DNA of 60,846 bases from a virus (taxonomy: Duplodnaviria > Caudoviricetes): IMG/VR virus record IMGVR_UViG_3300020473_002126, positions 1 to 60,846 of that record. One strand, written 5' to 3'. The notes beneath the pieces are model-generated. The model was not told where the DNA came from. It saw only the letters and a list, made by a program, of their open reading frames with translations, and searched no databases. This document shows positions 37,998-48,134 of the stretch, one piece after another. Numbering within the stretch: position 1 is the stretch's first letter; each line of letters starts with the position of its first letter. Both the position numbers and the translations under genes were made by a program.

Positions 37998-39245
37998 TTG
38001 TCCAAAAATAAAATATTAATGCTTTCAGACCATGCTTTGTCAACTTCAGGGGTTGGAACACAAAGTAGATTTTTGATTCAAGGGCTTATTGCAAAAGAAA
38101 AGTGGTCAGTTCGACAATTCGGCGCCGCACTAAAACACTCTGACTATGAGACTGTTGTTGTAAACGAAGACTTTATTATTAAACCCATAGATGGTTTTGG
38201 AGACCCAGACTTGCTGAGGGTTGCATTGGCTACTGAGCGACCAGACGCTTTGTTTCTATTTACTGATCCAAGATTTTTTATTTGGCTCTTTGAAATGGAA
38301 GACGAAGTACATCAGGTTTGTCCCATAGTCTGGTGGCATGTGTGGGACAATGGACCATATCCTGAGTTTAATGATTCAATTTATCAAGCGACCGATCTTT
38401 TAAATTGTCACTCTCACATGACTTATGAACTCATTAAAGATCGCCATCCCGGGAAAGTAAATTTTATTCCTCATGCTGTTCCTGAAGAGATATACTTTGA
38501 ACTACCTGAATCTGAAAAGAGAGATATTCGTCGACAAGTCTTGGGGCCAGGATATGACGATCACTTTGTTGGCGTTTGGATCAATAGAAACGCAAAACGC
38601 AAACGCCCGTCCGATCTTTTAGAAGCCTGGAAGTTGTTTTTAGATAAACTAGAGTCCGAACACGGACATCGAAAAGGCTGCTTAATAATGCATACAGATC
38701 CACTTGATAACGAGGGCCCAAATTTGTACGCAGCTGCTGAGATGTTGGGTGTTAATGAAAACGTCTGGTTTTCTACAGATCGACTTGAATTTGAAAAAAT
38801 AAATGCTCTTTACAACATAAGTGATTTTTGCATAAATGTTTCTCTAGCTGAAGGATTCGGTCTAGGCACATTGGAAGCCATGATGTCAGGGACACCTATT
38901 ATAGCTCCAATGACGGGTGGCTTAACAAGGCAGGCCGTAGATCATAGAGATGGATCACATAATGGTGTTGCCATGCCGATAGAATTTAAGACACTCGTAG
39001 GGTCACAAGGTGTACCTTATATTTATGAAGATTATGTTTCTTCTGAGACGATAAGCAATGCAATGTACAAGCTCTTTTCAATGGACAATTCCGAGCGAAA
39101 AGAACTAAGCAAAAAAGTAAAAGAATATGCAAAGACTCAGTTTTCAATACAGTCGACCATAGATCAGTGGGACGAAACATTGACTGAATGTGTGGAAAAC
39201 TTTAAAAAAGGCAAGTATCAACCCTGGACTTGCGAGGAGCTTTAA
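37998..39245 (+). CDS. Glycosyltransferase, GT4 type
   Basis: SGVG, IPHAV, NRNAKRKR, EGFGLGTLEAMMSGTPII. Confidence 0.92.
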   Translation: MSKNKILMLSDHALSTSGVGTQSRFLIQGLIAKEKWSVRQFGAALKHSDYETVVVNEDFIIKPIDGFGDPDLLRVALATERPDALFLFTDPRFFIWLFEMEDEVHQVCPIVWWHVWDNGPYPEFNDSIYQATDLLNCHSHMTYELIKDRHPGKVNFIPHAVPEEIYFELPESEKRDIRRQVLGPGYDDHFVGVWINRNAKRKRPSDLLEAWKLFLDKLESEHGHRKGCLIMHTDPLDNEGPNLYAAAEMLGVNENVWFSTDRLEFEKINALYNISDFCINVSLAEGFGLGTLEAMMSGTPIIAPMTGGLTRQAVDHRDGSHNGVAMPIEFKTLVGSQGVPYIYEDYVSSETISNAMYKLFSMDNSERKELSKKVKEYAKTQFSIQSTIDQWDETLTECVENFKKGKYQPWTCEEL

Positions 39246-40409
39246 GTGAAACAAGTAGTAGTAAGAGGGCCACTAATAACTTCATCTGGTTACGGAGAGC
39301 ATTCCAGGCAGGTTTTTAGATGGGCAAAGTCTAAAAAGGATTGGAACGTTTCTGCACAACTAACACCGTGGGGAAACACTACGTGGTTGATAAATCCAGA
39401 CTATATGAACGGACTAGTTGGGGAGATAATGCAGTGCTCAGGACCGATTGAGCGATCTAATTCTGACATATCTTTTCAAATTCAACTTCCAAATGAATGG
39501 GATCCTTTGCTTGCTAGATTTAATGTAGGCGTAACAGCTGCTGTTGAGACAGATGTATGTCATCCAGAATGGGTCACAGCATGTAATAAGATGGACTATG
39601 TTATTGTCCCTTCTGAGCATACAAAGCAGACAATACTAAATTCAGGTGAAGTCCAAGTCCCAATCGAAGTAATACCTGAAGCTTATTTTGATGAACTAGC
39701 TTATGAAAAGATTAAAGAAATAGACTTGAATTTAAAGACCGACTTTAATTTTCTAATGATTGGTACTTTGACAGGCAATAACCCGTGGAATGATAGAAAA
39801 AATACGTACCAGACTATCAAGTGGTTTTGTGAAACATTTAAAGACAACCCAAATGTCGGCCTAGTGATCAAAGCAAGCTCAGGAAGGGCAACCACACTTG
39901 ATAGAATGTTGACAAAAAGGGCACTAACTCAAGTGTTGTCAGAAGTAAGAGAAGGAGAGTACCCAAGGGTAAATCTTTTGCATGGATTAATGTCAGGCGA
40001 TGAAATGTCGGCAGTATATCGAGAACCCTCGATCAAAGCTTACATTGGGTTGACAAGAGGCGAAGGGTACGGATTGCCAATTTTAGAAGCTGCAACATCA
40101 GCGATTCCAGTAATTGCTACTAATTGGTCGGGCCACCTAGATTTTATGAAACTGGGTAAGTTTATTTCTGTTGATTATAGGCTTCAAGAAATACATGAGA
40201 CACGAATTGATAATCAAATCTTTATGGAAAAGTCTCGTTGGGCAGAACCATCAGAAGAGCATTTTAAGAGAAGACTTAAGAAGTTTTATGAAAAACCTGA
40301 ACCCCCACAAGAATGGGCAAAAGACCTATCAGCAAAATTAAGAGAGTCTCATAGTCTTGAAAATATTTTTTCAATTTATGATAGTGCCTGGGATAGAAAT
40401 GCAAAATGA
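39246..40409 (+). CDS. Glycosyltransferase, GT4 type
   Basis: SGYGEHSR, IVPSEH, DRKN, RGEGYGLPILEA...VIATNWSGHLDF. Confidence 0.92.
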   Translation: MKQVVVRGPLITSSGYGEHSRQVFRWAKSKKDWNVSAQLTPWGNTTWLINPDYMNGLVGEIMQCSGPIERSNSDISFQIQLPNEWDPLLARFNVGVTAAVETDVCHPEWVTACNKMDYVIVPSEHTKQTILNSGEVQVPIEVIPEAYFDELAYEKIKEIDLNLKTDFNFLMIGTLTGNNPWNDRKNTYQTIKWFCETFKDNPNVGLVIKASSGRATTLDRMLTKRALTQVLSEVREGEYPRVNLLHGLMSGDEMSAVYREPSIKAYIGLTRGEGYGLPILEAATSAIPVIATNWSGHLDFMKLGKFISVDYRLQEIHETRIDNQIFMEKSRWAEPSEEHFKRRLKKFYEKPEPPQEWAKDLSAKLRESHSLENIFSIYDSAWDRNAK

Positions 40410-40714
40410 TTTCTCCTTGGATAATTAGCACAGTTGTCTTATCCCTGATTTCTTCTGTGTCTCTTTATTTTACTTTTAAATTTGCGCGCATAATTTTGCG
40501 TATTGAAGATGCTGTTGAAGCATCATTAGACACGTTAGATGAAAAGTATGTCGCCATAAGCGAGGTATTAGAAACCCCTTTGTTCTACAACTCACCTGAA
40601 GTAAGGAGAGTTTTGGTAGAACTAGAGGATGCTAGAAACTCTGTGCTTTATGTTGCTAATAAAATGACATTACTAGAGACGGAAGATGACAACGTCACTG
40701 CTGAAGGAGAATGA
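40406..40714 (+). CDS. Small membrane-anchored coiled-coil protein
   Basis: N-terminal TM followed by an acidic helical tail; ATGA overlap. Confidence 0.65.
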   Translation: MISPWIISTVVLSLISSVSLYFTFKFARIILRIEDAVEASLDTLDEKYVAISEVLETPLFYNSPEVRRVLVELEDARNSVLYVANKMTLLETEDDNVTAEGE

Positions 40715-40717
40715 TAA

Positions 40718-41452
40718 TTGGCAACAAGAAAAGTTAGAAGAAAGAGAACTAAAAAGAGATCATCAGTCAAACTGTATTTTAATCAAGACACACAAGAATC
40801 AATAATAGCTTATCAAAATGAAGATACGTTATCAAAAAAACAAGACATATATGTAACGGGAATACTTCCAGCTTTTGACAAGTTGGTTGAAAACTTAATT
40901 TTTATTCATGGTTTTACAAAGTCGTTTGGAGCTGGTTCTTACGAGATGCTGAAGGCAGACTGTGTTTCTTTTTTATACGAGTCAATTCACAAATGGGACC
41001 CTGCCAAAGGTAGTAAAGCTTTTTCCTATTTTAATGTAGTGGCAAAGAACTGGCTAATAATAAAAACTAAACAGCGCCAAAAACTAAATAAGCGTCATGT
41101 AAGCATTGACAATACAGCGCTGGGAATTCGAGACAAGCAAGCTATAGAGAATCATCAGATTGCTCCAGCCCAAGATGAAGTCATGATAAGTGCTGAGCGG
41201 TCTGAGGCGATCATCGCTATGCTTTATGAAATTAAAAACAGGGTAAGTAGCGACAATGAAAACGCTTGTATCGATGCAATTATTACTATTTTTGAAAGTG
41301 TTGATCAGCTTGACTTTTTAAACAAAAGAGCTTTGTTTGTCTACATGAGAGATTTGTCAAGTTTAAATCCAAAACAACTTTCAATAGCAATGAGTTCTAT
41401 ACGAAAGCATTATAAACAGCTAGCCGGCGCAGACGCGTTTGATATTTTGTGA
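40718..41452 (+). CDS. Putative phage sigma factor (T4 gp55-like)
   Basis: KLVENL...DCVSFL...KWDPAKGSKAFSYFNVVAKN resembles sigma region 2 / gp55 (FDPxK...FxYF); AAGGAG Shine-Dalgarno. Confidence 0.55.
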   Translation: MATRKVRRKRTKKRSSVKLYFNQDTQESIIAYQNEDTLSKKQDIYVTGILPAFDKLVENLIFIHGFTKSFGAGSYEMLKADCVSFLYESIHKWDPAKGSKAFSYFNVVAKNWLIIKTKQRQKLNKRHVSIDNTALGIRDKQAIENHQIAPAQDEVMISAERSEAIIAMLYEIKNRVSSDNENACIDAIITIFESVDQLDFLNKRALFVYMRDLSSLNPKQLSIAMSSIRKHYKQLAGADAFDIL

Positions 41453-41459
41453 GGTAGAC

Positions 41460-41825
41460 ATGTCTAAGACTTTGAACAAGGCAATGAAAAAAGCTAGTGA
41501 AGTTTCAAAAAAAGTAGATAAGTTTTCTGATTTGCTTGATTCTATAGAGACTTTAGAAGATAAAAGAAAACATTTGTGGAAAGAAATTTATGAGAATGCA
41601 CTTGTAGATCGTGAAAACGCCGGAATGCTCTTTACTGACATATATCAGGAAATGCAAGGCAACGCCATGCAGCACACTGCCTTGGGGCCCACAGCTGCAA
41701 AATACCTAGAAAGGATGTGCAAATCAAACGATCAGATACTTAGACTGGCAGAGTTGGTAGCAAAGGCTGAAGAAGCCAGTAGCACAATTTCGCCAGACGA
41801 TATTTTTAATGAGATAAGTGGATAA
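41460..41825 (+). CDS. Helical hypothetical protein
   Basis: GAGGT Shine-Dalgarno before ATG 41460; TAATG coupling to the next gene. Confidence 0.7.
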   Translation: MSKTLNKAMKKASEVSKKVDKFSDLLDSIETLEDKRKHLWKEIYENALVDRENAGMLFTDIYQEMQGNAMQHTALGPTAAKYLERMCKSNDQILRLAELVAKAEEASSTISPDDIFNEISG

Positions 41826-43279
41826 TGCCCGTAAGTTTAAAGACCCAGTTTCCGCCCGTCAATGCAATACTTGCGCAAAGGTTTGACTCAGACGAAGTAG
41901 AGATGTTTTACCCTATTTTTCCAAGTCATCTCATGATGCCTTTAAAAGTAGGGGAAGTAGTTTGGGTCTTGTATCCTGATCAATCATTTTCAGCTGGTGA
42001 TGATAGTGCTAGCACAATGATGGGAACAAATGCAGAAAGATTGCAAACAGAAGGATCGGATAATAACTACGGTGATGTGCTGTCTTCCGCCCGAGGTGAT
42101 ACAACAGACGGCGCTGTATTTCAGAAAGCTGTAGTTCACCACATTTACTTGACACATGATTATGTTTTAGCACACTCAGAATTCCCAGCCGATCACATAG
42201 ATTATAACGGGGGTTACTGGTTGTCTCGAGTTGCAGGAACTCGTCTAAGTGAAGATACAAACTATACGTGTTATGGCCGAGACTTTGATGAACGAGCTTT
42301 TGCCGTCGTCGAAGATAGATCACCAAGTGATGTGTTAGCAGACGGGGATTATTTCCCAGGAACACCGAACAAGGTGCAAACATCAACGACATCTGATGAA
42401 GATGTTGATCCAAGTGGAAATTATATTGTAGGAGACAATCCTGAAGTTTTTTCACAACTAAAACAGAAGAATGATTTGGAAATGACTTTTGAAGCGACAC
42501 CTCGCATATCAAAACACCCGGGTGACTTTATCATTCAAGGGTCGAATAACACAGCGATTATTTTGGGCGAGAATCCTTCGGGGATAGAGGATGATAGCCT
42601 TGTGTCCGGCGGTATTGATATCGTCGCAGGAAGAGGTCTTCATCCTGATTCTTTTAATTTAATGTCAAAAATTGCAAATGATGATGCAAGATTTGAGTCT
42701 GACAAATGTCACGAACTGTCTGAGCAAGAACCGAACTTAAATGAAGGGACAATGGATGTATTTCATGACTTTTCAAGAATAGTTGTTTCTGCTAACGCAA
42801 TGCCTGATGTTTTATTTTGTGACCCAGAAACAACAGGTGCAAGTGAAAATATAACATTTTCATCCACAGTTAGTGCTGCGATGGGAAGAGATTTAAAGCC
42901 TTTTTCCGAAGATGATGCAGAAACAGCACTTCAACAGATCGCTGCTGAAATAACAGGGCCCACAATTGCTATGAAGTCAGATCATATCAGAATAGTAGGT
43001 AGAGAGACCCTGAGGCTAATGGTGGAATCACCTGACGGCCCTGCATCAGCTCCTGAAATAATACTTCATAAAGACGGGAACATATTTATCAAACCCGGCG
43101 TCAATGGTCAGGTCTACATAGGCGACGGTCCTGATGCCGGAGAACCAGGTACTGCTGTTTTTGCTGATATGTTAACTTATCCAGATGACATGGAAGGTGG
43201 TACAGGCTTCGCTGCCGAGATGGCAGTAGCCGCCAAGATTCCAACGAGGCACTCACCAAAAGTCAAAGTGAAGATATGA
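41825..43279 (+). CDS. Probable baseplate central spike/hub protein (gp5/VgrG-like)
   Basis: PLKVGEVVWV OB-fold-like motif, PGDFIIQGSNNTAIILG, SDHIRIVGR, EIILHKDGNIFI beta repeats; lies upstream of gp25 and gp6. Confidence 0.6.
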   Translation: MPVSLKTQFPPVNAILAQRFDSDEVEMFYPIFPSHLMMPLKVGEVVWVLYPDQSFSAGDDSASTMMGTNAERLQTEGSDNNYGDVLSSARGDTTDGAVFQKAVVHHIYLTHDYVLAHSEFPADHIDYNGGYWLSRVAGTRLSEDTNYTCYGRDFDERAFAVVEDRSPSDVLADGDYFPGTPNKVQTSTTSDEDVDPSGNYIVGDNPEVFSQLKQKNDLEMTFEATPRISKHPGDFIIQGSNNTAIILGENPSGIEDDSLVSGGIDIVAGRGLHPDSFNLMSKIANDDARFESDKCHELSEQEPNLNEGTMDVFHDFSRIVVSANAMPDVLFCDPETTGASENITFSSTVSAAMGRDLKPFSEDDAETALQQIAAEITGPTIAMKSDHIRIVGRETLRLMVESPDGPASAPEIILHKDGNIFIKPGVNGQVYIGDGPDAGEPGTAVFADMLTYPDDMEGGTGFAAEMAVAAKIPTRHSPKVKVKI

Positions 43280-43280
43280 G

Positions 43281-44216
43281 ATGGCAACTTTCTACGGTTT
43301 ATTTAGAGGCACACTAGAAGAGCTAATAAAATTAATAATACAACTTGTCTTAGCCGTTCTGGGTAAAATTGTAGAAGTAATACTTTTTGTTATCGAAATG
43401 TTATTTGCTATTATTATGCAAATATTAGAAGCTATTTTTGGCCCGATTATCAAGTTTATTATGTTTATCGCGGGCCTAATAATCATGGTTTTGACAAAAA
43501 TTGCAAAGGTGCCTATTTGGCTGTTGGGCCAGATTGCAAAGTTGATGGAAATGATTAAGCAAATAATAGAATTGCTTGCTAAGATTGTCCGGTTACCTTT
43601 TGAAATATTAGCGATTATATTGCAAAAAATTGCTGAGGCAATTGCTTATATTTTATCACTACTTGCGATGTTGTTTGCTGATCTTTTAGCACTTTTAATA
43701 TTCTTGATAAACTTCATCATAAGCCTCTTGATTGAAATAATCATGGCGATACTAGAACCAATCATTAAAAAAATAATTGAGATTTTGCTGGCAGCACTAG
43801 TACCACCAATGTTTGTCATTAAGATGATAATGTGGGTAATTGAAGCAATAAAGGATATAATTGCAGCTATTATGAGCCTGTTAGGTATCCCACCTTTCTT
43901 AGAAATAATAATGGCAATAATTGCAGCAATACTTGAAGGCGTCATGGAGATAGTGATGTCTGTTGTTCAAGTATTGGTAAAAGTATTTTCGTATATCATG
44001 GATCTAATAGAAGACATCATGGCTATTGTAGCCCACATCATAATGGCAATCATTAAGTTTATTATGGGACTCTTAGCAGGCCTAGATATAATAGCAGTTA
44101 TACTGGCACCGATAATAGGCGTTATTATGATCATAGGTGCAATTTTGGCAACATTTACACCAACCCAAGAGCTTACAATACCGATTCCTGTCCTTGATCC
44201 GTTGATGGGAGGCTAA
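43281..44216 (+). CDS. Extremely hydrophobic Ile/Leu/Met/Ala-rich helical protein in the baseplate module
   Basis: 311 aa almost entirely aliphatic, with regularly spaced E/K/Q and an apparent ~11-residue period. Confidence 0.75.
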   Translation: MATFYGLFRGTLEELIKLIIQLVLAVLGKIVEVILFVIEMLFAIIMQILEAIFGPIIKFIMFIAGLIIMVLTKIAKVPIWLLGQIAKLMEMIKQIIELLAKIVRLPFEILAIILQKIAEAIAYILSLLAMLFADLLALLIFLINFIISLLIEIIMAILEPIIKKIIEILLAALVPPMFVIKMIMWVIEAIKDIIAAIMSLLGIPPFLEIIMAIIAAILEGVMEIVMSVVQVLVKVFSYIMDLIEDIMAIVAHIIMAIIKFIMGLLAGLDIIAVILAPIIGVIMIIGAILATFTPTQELTIPIPVLDPLMGG

Positions 44217-44243
44217 ATATCTTTCCAGGATTTGATGTAAGTG

Positions 44244-44251
44244 ATAATTAT
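44244..44251 (+). promoter_or_regulatory. Candidate phage late promoter ATAATTAT
   Basis: Intergenic, before the GGAGG Shine-Dalgarno of the gp25-like gene. Confidence 0.4.
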
Positions 44252-44272
44252 TAAATAACAGGAGGGCTCAAA

Positions 44273-44755
44273 TTGGAATTTAACTTTAAAAACTCAGGCA
44301 AATCAGTCTTAGACGTCTTTGACGAAACTAAAAAAGCTCTAGAAGATAAAAAGAAAGTCCCTTACGGTATAATGACGCCTCTTCGTCATGGTAGAGAACG
44401 CTCTGGAATATTCGAAATGAATTTTGATTTAGGGGATCAAATTGCTGATAATCTTAGAAATCTAGTTCAGACTAACCACGGGGAACGACTAGGTCACTTT
44501 GATTTTGGTGCCAACTTAAGACCCTTGTCTCTAGAAGTAATGGGACACGAAAGATTTGAAACTGAAGCCATGTCAAGAATCGGTAAAGCAGTTTCTAAAT
44601 ACCTGTCTTTTGTAAGACTTACGACAATGTCAATCCAGCGAGTCCCAGAGACAGAACAGAATTTGCCACAAGTAGTGATCACTCTAGAATATTCAGTTCC
44701 TGCTGCTAGTAGTCGAAAAAGAAGACTAGACGTCATAGTTAATTTAGCAGGTTAG
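44273..44755 (+). CDS. Baseplate wedge subunit, gp25/GPW family
   Basis: QIADNLRNLVQTNHGERL...DFGANLR, IGKAVSKYLSFV. Confidence 0.9.
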   Translation: MEFNFKNSGKSVLDVFDETKKALEDKKKVPYGIMTPLRHGRERSGIFEMNFDLGDQIADNLRNLVQTNHGERLGHFDFGANLRPLSLEVMGHERFETEAMSRIGKAVSKYLSFVRLTTMSIQRVPETEQNLPQVVITLEYSVPAASSRKRRLDVIVNLAG

Positions 44756-44764
44756 GTATTTAAA

Positions 44765-46612
44765 ATGAGCAAGAATATTAAAAAGCAGTTAAAAAAGAAG
44801 AGAAATGTTTCATATCTAAACAAAGATTTTGATGGATTTAGAGCTGACTTATTAGAGTATGCAAGAACTTTTTTCCCTGATCAGATTCAAGACTTCTCTG
44901 AAGCATCAATGGGAGGCATGTTTTTAGATTTAGCCGCGTATGTGGGCGATGTGATGTCATTTTATTTAGATCATCAGTTTCAAGAATTGAATATCGAAAC
45001 TGCTGTTGAAAGAAAAAATATCGAACGTCACTTAAGGTCTGCAGGCGTCGAGGGTGCAGGGGCTTCACCCGCTGTGGTAGATGTCAACTTCTCTGTGACA
45101 GTTCCGGCTGTTTATTCTGAGGGCCAGTACATACCAGATAGAAGTGCATGCCCAACAATCAGACAGAACACTTCCGTAACATCTGCAGGCGGAATACTCT
45201 TTCACCTAACAGAAGATTTAGACTTTTCAGCACTTGATGAGTTCGACGAATTTGTGGCAAAATACAGGATAAAGAACGTAAACTCTAGTGGTAATCCTTC
45301 AAAATTCCAGCTGACACTCACTGGACTTTGTGTAAGCGGCAAAGTATCAGACAAAGAAATCAAAATAGGTGATTCATTTGTACCGTTTAGAAAGATAGTT
45401 TTGCCCGCTCAAAATGTAACTGATGTAATGTCAGTAATTGATTCTGAGGGGAACAGATATTACGAAGTTCAGTCCCTAACACAAGATACTGTTTTCAGAT
45501 CTGTATTGAATGGCAATCTAGCTGATTCGAACTTAGTCCCTGAGACCCTAGAGCTAATACCTGCTCCATATCGATATGTCAAAAGGCATAATTTAAATAC
45601 TGGAAAGACAGAACTTCAATTTGGTAGTGGCCTAGCTGAATCTTTAGATGATGATGTATTGCCTGACCCTTCGTCTCTTTCAATTCCACTTTATGGTAAA
45701 AAAGTTTTTTCTAGATTTTCAATTGATCCAAATTCACTTCTAAAAACTAAGACAATGGGTGTAGCGCCTACCAATACAACATTAAAAATAACTTACAGGC
45801 ATGGTGGAGGACTAAATCATAACGTGGGAATCAATTCTTTGAGAAGTGTCTCAAAACTTTCTATATCTTTTCCTCATAATCCAGATCCTACTGTAGCAGC
45901 AACAGTGAGAGGAAGCGTCACAACCACCAACGTAGAATCAGCCTCCGGAGGCGCCCCCGGCCAGTCAATCGATGATTTAAAGGCTGCTGTGGTTTCATAT
46001 AGAAACTCTCAATCAAGAATAGTTACAAAACAAGATCTTTTAGCGAGAATCTATACTATGCCAAGTAGTTTTGGGAGGGTTTTCCGGGCAGGCCTTTCAG
46101 GCAACCCAAACAACCCGTTAGCTTCGATTGTCTATATTATAAGTCAGGACAGTAGAGGTCGTCTCGTTACTGCACCCGATGCATTGAAAGAAAACTTGTC
46201 AAAGTATTTAAATGAATACAGGTTAGTATCTGACGCTGTTGACATTCTCGACGCACCAGTTGTTAATGTAAAAGTAGTCGTCGAAGTATTGACAGACTCC
46301 ACGCAAAATCCAGACACAATTTCAAATGTAATAAGACAAAAATTAGTCAAGTTTTTTAATATTAAGAATTTTCAATTGGATCAACCAATTATTAAGTCTG
46401 AGATTTTAAACCTAGTGGCAAGTACGGAGGGTGTAATGTCTGTTGTGGATTGTAAGCTATTAAACATCTCCGGAGAGATTTCAAAGAGAAAATACTCTAA
46501 TGTTTCTCATAATATAAATCTAAACACCATTAAAGGTATAACATTTCCTCCAAAGGGTGGAATTTTTGAGATGCGTCATCCCAATGATGATATCGTAATT
46601 ATAGCAGGATAG
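44765..46612 (+). CDS. Baseplate wedge subunit, T4 gp6 / baseplate J-like
   Basis: YLNKDFD, DFSEAS.GGMFLDLAAYVGDVMSFYLD, LQFGSG, YRHGGG, ASGG, SQSRIVTKQD. Confidence 0.92.
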   Translation: MSKNIKKQLKKKRNVSYLNKDFDGFRADLLEYARTFFPDQIQDFSEASMGGMFLDLAAYVGDVMSFYLDHQFQELNIETAVERKNIERHLRSAGVEGAGASPAVVDVNFSVTVPAVYSEGQYIPDRSACPTIRQNTSVTSAGGILFHLTEDLDFSALDEFDEFVAKYRIKNVNSSGNPSKFQLTLTGLCVSGKVSDKEIKIGDSFVPFRKIVLPAQNVTDVMSVIDSEGNRYYEVQSLTQDTVFRSVLNGNLADSNLVPETLELIPAPYRYVKRHNLNTGKTELQFGSGLAESLDDDVLPDPSSLSIPLYGKKVFSRFSIDPNSLLKTKTMGVAPTNTTLKITYRHGGGLNHNVGINSLRSVSKLSISFPHNPDPTVAATVRGSVTTTNVESASGGAPGQSIDDLKAAVVSYRNSQSRIVTKQDLLARIYTMPSSFGRVFRAGLSGNPNNPLASIVYIISQDSRGRLVTAPDALKENLSKYLNEYRLVSDAVDILDAPVVNVKVVVEVLTDSTQNPDTISNVIRQKLVKFFNIKNFQLDQPIIKSEILNLVASTEGVMSVVDCKLLNISGEISKRKYSNVSHNINLNTIKGITFPPKGGIFEMRHPNDDIVIIAG

Positions 46613-46616
46613 TAAA

Positions 46617-48134
46617 GTGTATAGAATTCTTAAAGCATTGAAAGACACGTACATTACTAATAGGATTGTTTCTAATAATTTTAGAGCAAAAGATGCAAAT
46701 GTAGGCCAGGCAGGAACGCTGGATCTTTTTAAACTGCACGATGAAAATACGCTGACGGGAACTGCAGCCCCACAAGAACTCTCTAGAATTCTAGTAAAGT
46801 TTGACTTAAGTAATTTGCAGTCATTGACAGGTTCAACATTGGACATTAATCATTCGTCATTCAAGTGTACTTTAAAACTGTATGACGTTTACGGTGGGCA
46901 ACCTACACCTGAAAACTTCAAAATAATAGTTCATCCCCTCTCTAAGTCATTTGATGAGGGGACAGGCATGGACATAAGAAATTACAGTCATTTGGGTAGC
47001 TGTAACTTTATAACTGCATCTGCAACTAGTGGAAATCCTGTCGTCTGGAACAGTCAAGGAGCCAATGCATCAGGTATTTTAGGACAGAGTAATATTGACA
47101 TAATATCAAGTGGTAACCTCAAAGATGGCGATGGTGTTGCAAATTTATTTAAAACCCAATCATTCGCTACGGGTTTAGAAGATATCTCTATTGATATAAC
47201 AACATTGGTTTCTGCCACAATCGCCGGCTTATTACCAGACCATGGTTTGAGAATAGCATTCTCAGGAACACAGGAAACAGATACAAAGACTCGATTTGTC
47301 AAAAGATTCGCATCAAGACATTCGTCAAATGATAGAAAAACGCCCAGAATTTGCGTTCAATATGATGATAGTGTTCACGATGATCATGAAAACATGTTTT
47401 TTGATTTGACAGGATCTTTGTTTTTAAGAAACTATCACAGAGGTCAGCTAGCAAACCTAAGGTCAGGATCTAGCTTAACTGAGATTACAGGTGACAATTC
47501 TATTCGGCTGAAGATAAAGTCAGGTTCTTGGTATAAATTATTGACAGGATCACAACACAAAATAGGGTCTGCTGCTGTTTCTGGAACATACTCAGCTTCA
47601 TTTGCTATTTCATCGCTGACTACCGAGCTGACAGGAGAAATAAATGCAGCAGGATCTGGAACTTTTAATCTGTATTGGATTTCATCAGACCAGACAGTTG
47701 CTTATCACACTGGTTCTTTAGTTATCAATTCAATTACAAGAAACTCTTTCTCTAGTAATCCTAGAAAGTTAAATTTCACAATTATGAATCAAAAGCCTTC
47801 TTATTTAAGCACTGAAAAGGTTAGATTTAGAGTTCATGTAGAAGATATATCTCCGGTTGTAAAAAGAGCTAGAAAAGTCCCGATAGAAAATAAAACAATA
47901 CTGTTTAGAAATATGCATTATCGAGTTGTCGATGCACAGACAAACGATGTAATAATTCCGTTTGATGAGTCAAAAAATTCGACAAGACTATCTTCGGATG
48001 GAAATGGGATGTTTTTTGATATGTATATGGATTCGCTGACCAAGGGTAGAAACTATATGATACATTTTAAAGTGTCAGATATGGGAACTACGATCATTGA
48101 TCGCGATGCAGGAATTAAATTTCGGGTAGATTAA
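46617..48134 (+). CDS. Probable baseplate/tail structural protein
   Basis: KDTYIT, SRILVKFDL, PRICVQYDDS beta-sandwich pattern; follows gp6; rich in TGS/SGS. Confidence 0.7.
   Translation: MYRILKALKDTYITNRIVSNNFRAKDANVGQAGTLDLFKLHDENTLTGTAAPQELSRILVKFDLSNLQSLTGSTLDINHSSFKCTLKLYDVYGGQPTPENFKIIVHPLSKSFDEGTGMDIRNYSHLGSCNFITASATSGNPVVWNSQGANASGILGQSNIDIISSGNLKDGDGVANLFKTQSFATGLEDISIDITTLVSATIAGLLPDHGLRIAFSGTQETDTKTRFVKRFASRHSSNDRKTPRICVQYDDSVHDDHENMFFDLTGSLFLRNYHRGQLANLRSGSSLTEITGDNSIRLKIKSGSWYKLLTGSQHKIGSAAVSGTYSASFAISSLTTELTGEINAAGSGTFNLYWISSDQTVAYHTGSLVINSITRNSFSSNPRKLNFTIMNQKPSYLSTEKVRFRVHVEDISPVVKRARKVPIENKTILFRNMHYRVVDAQTNDVIIPFDESKNSTRLSSDGNGMFFDMYMDSLTKGRNYMIHFKVSDMGTTIIDRDAGIKFRVD

Noticed and set aside
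16137-40409. Bacterial capsule or O-antigen locus (host chromosome or prophage flank)
   Set aside because: No wzx, wzy, wzz, kps or ABC export genes and no housekeeping genes; it lies between tail fibre and baseplate genes with the same composition and coupling
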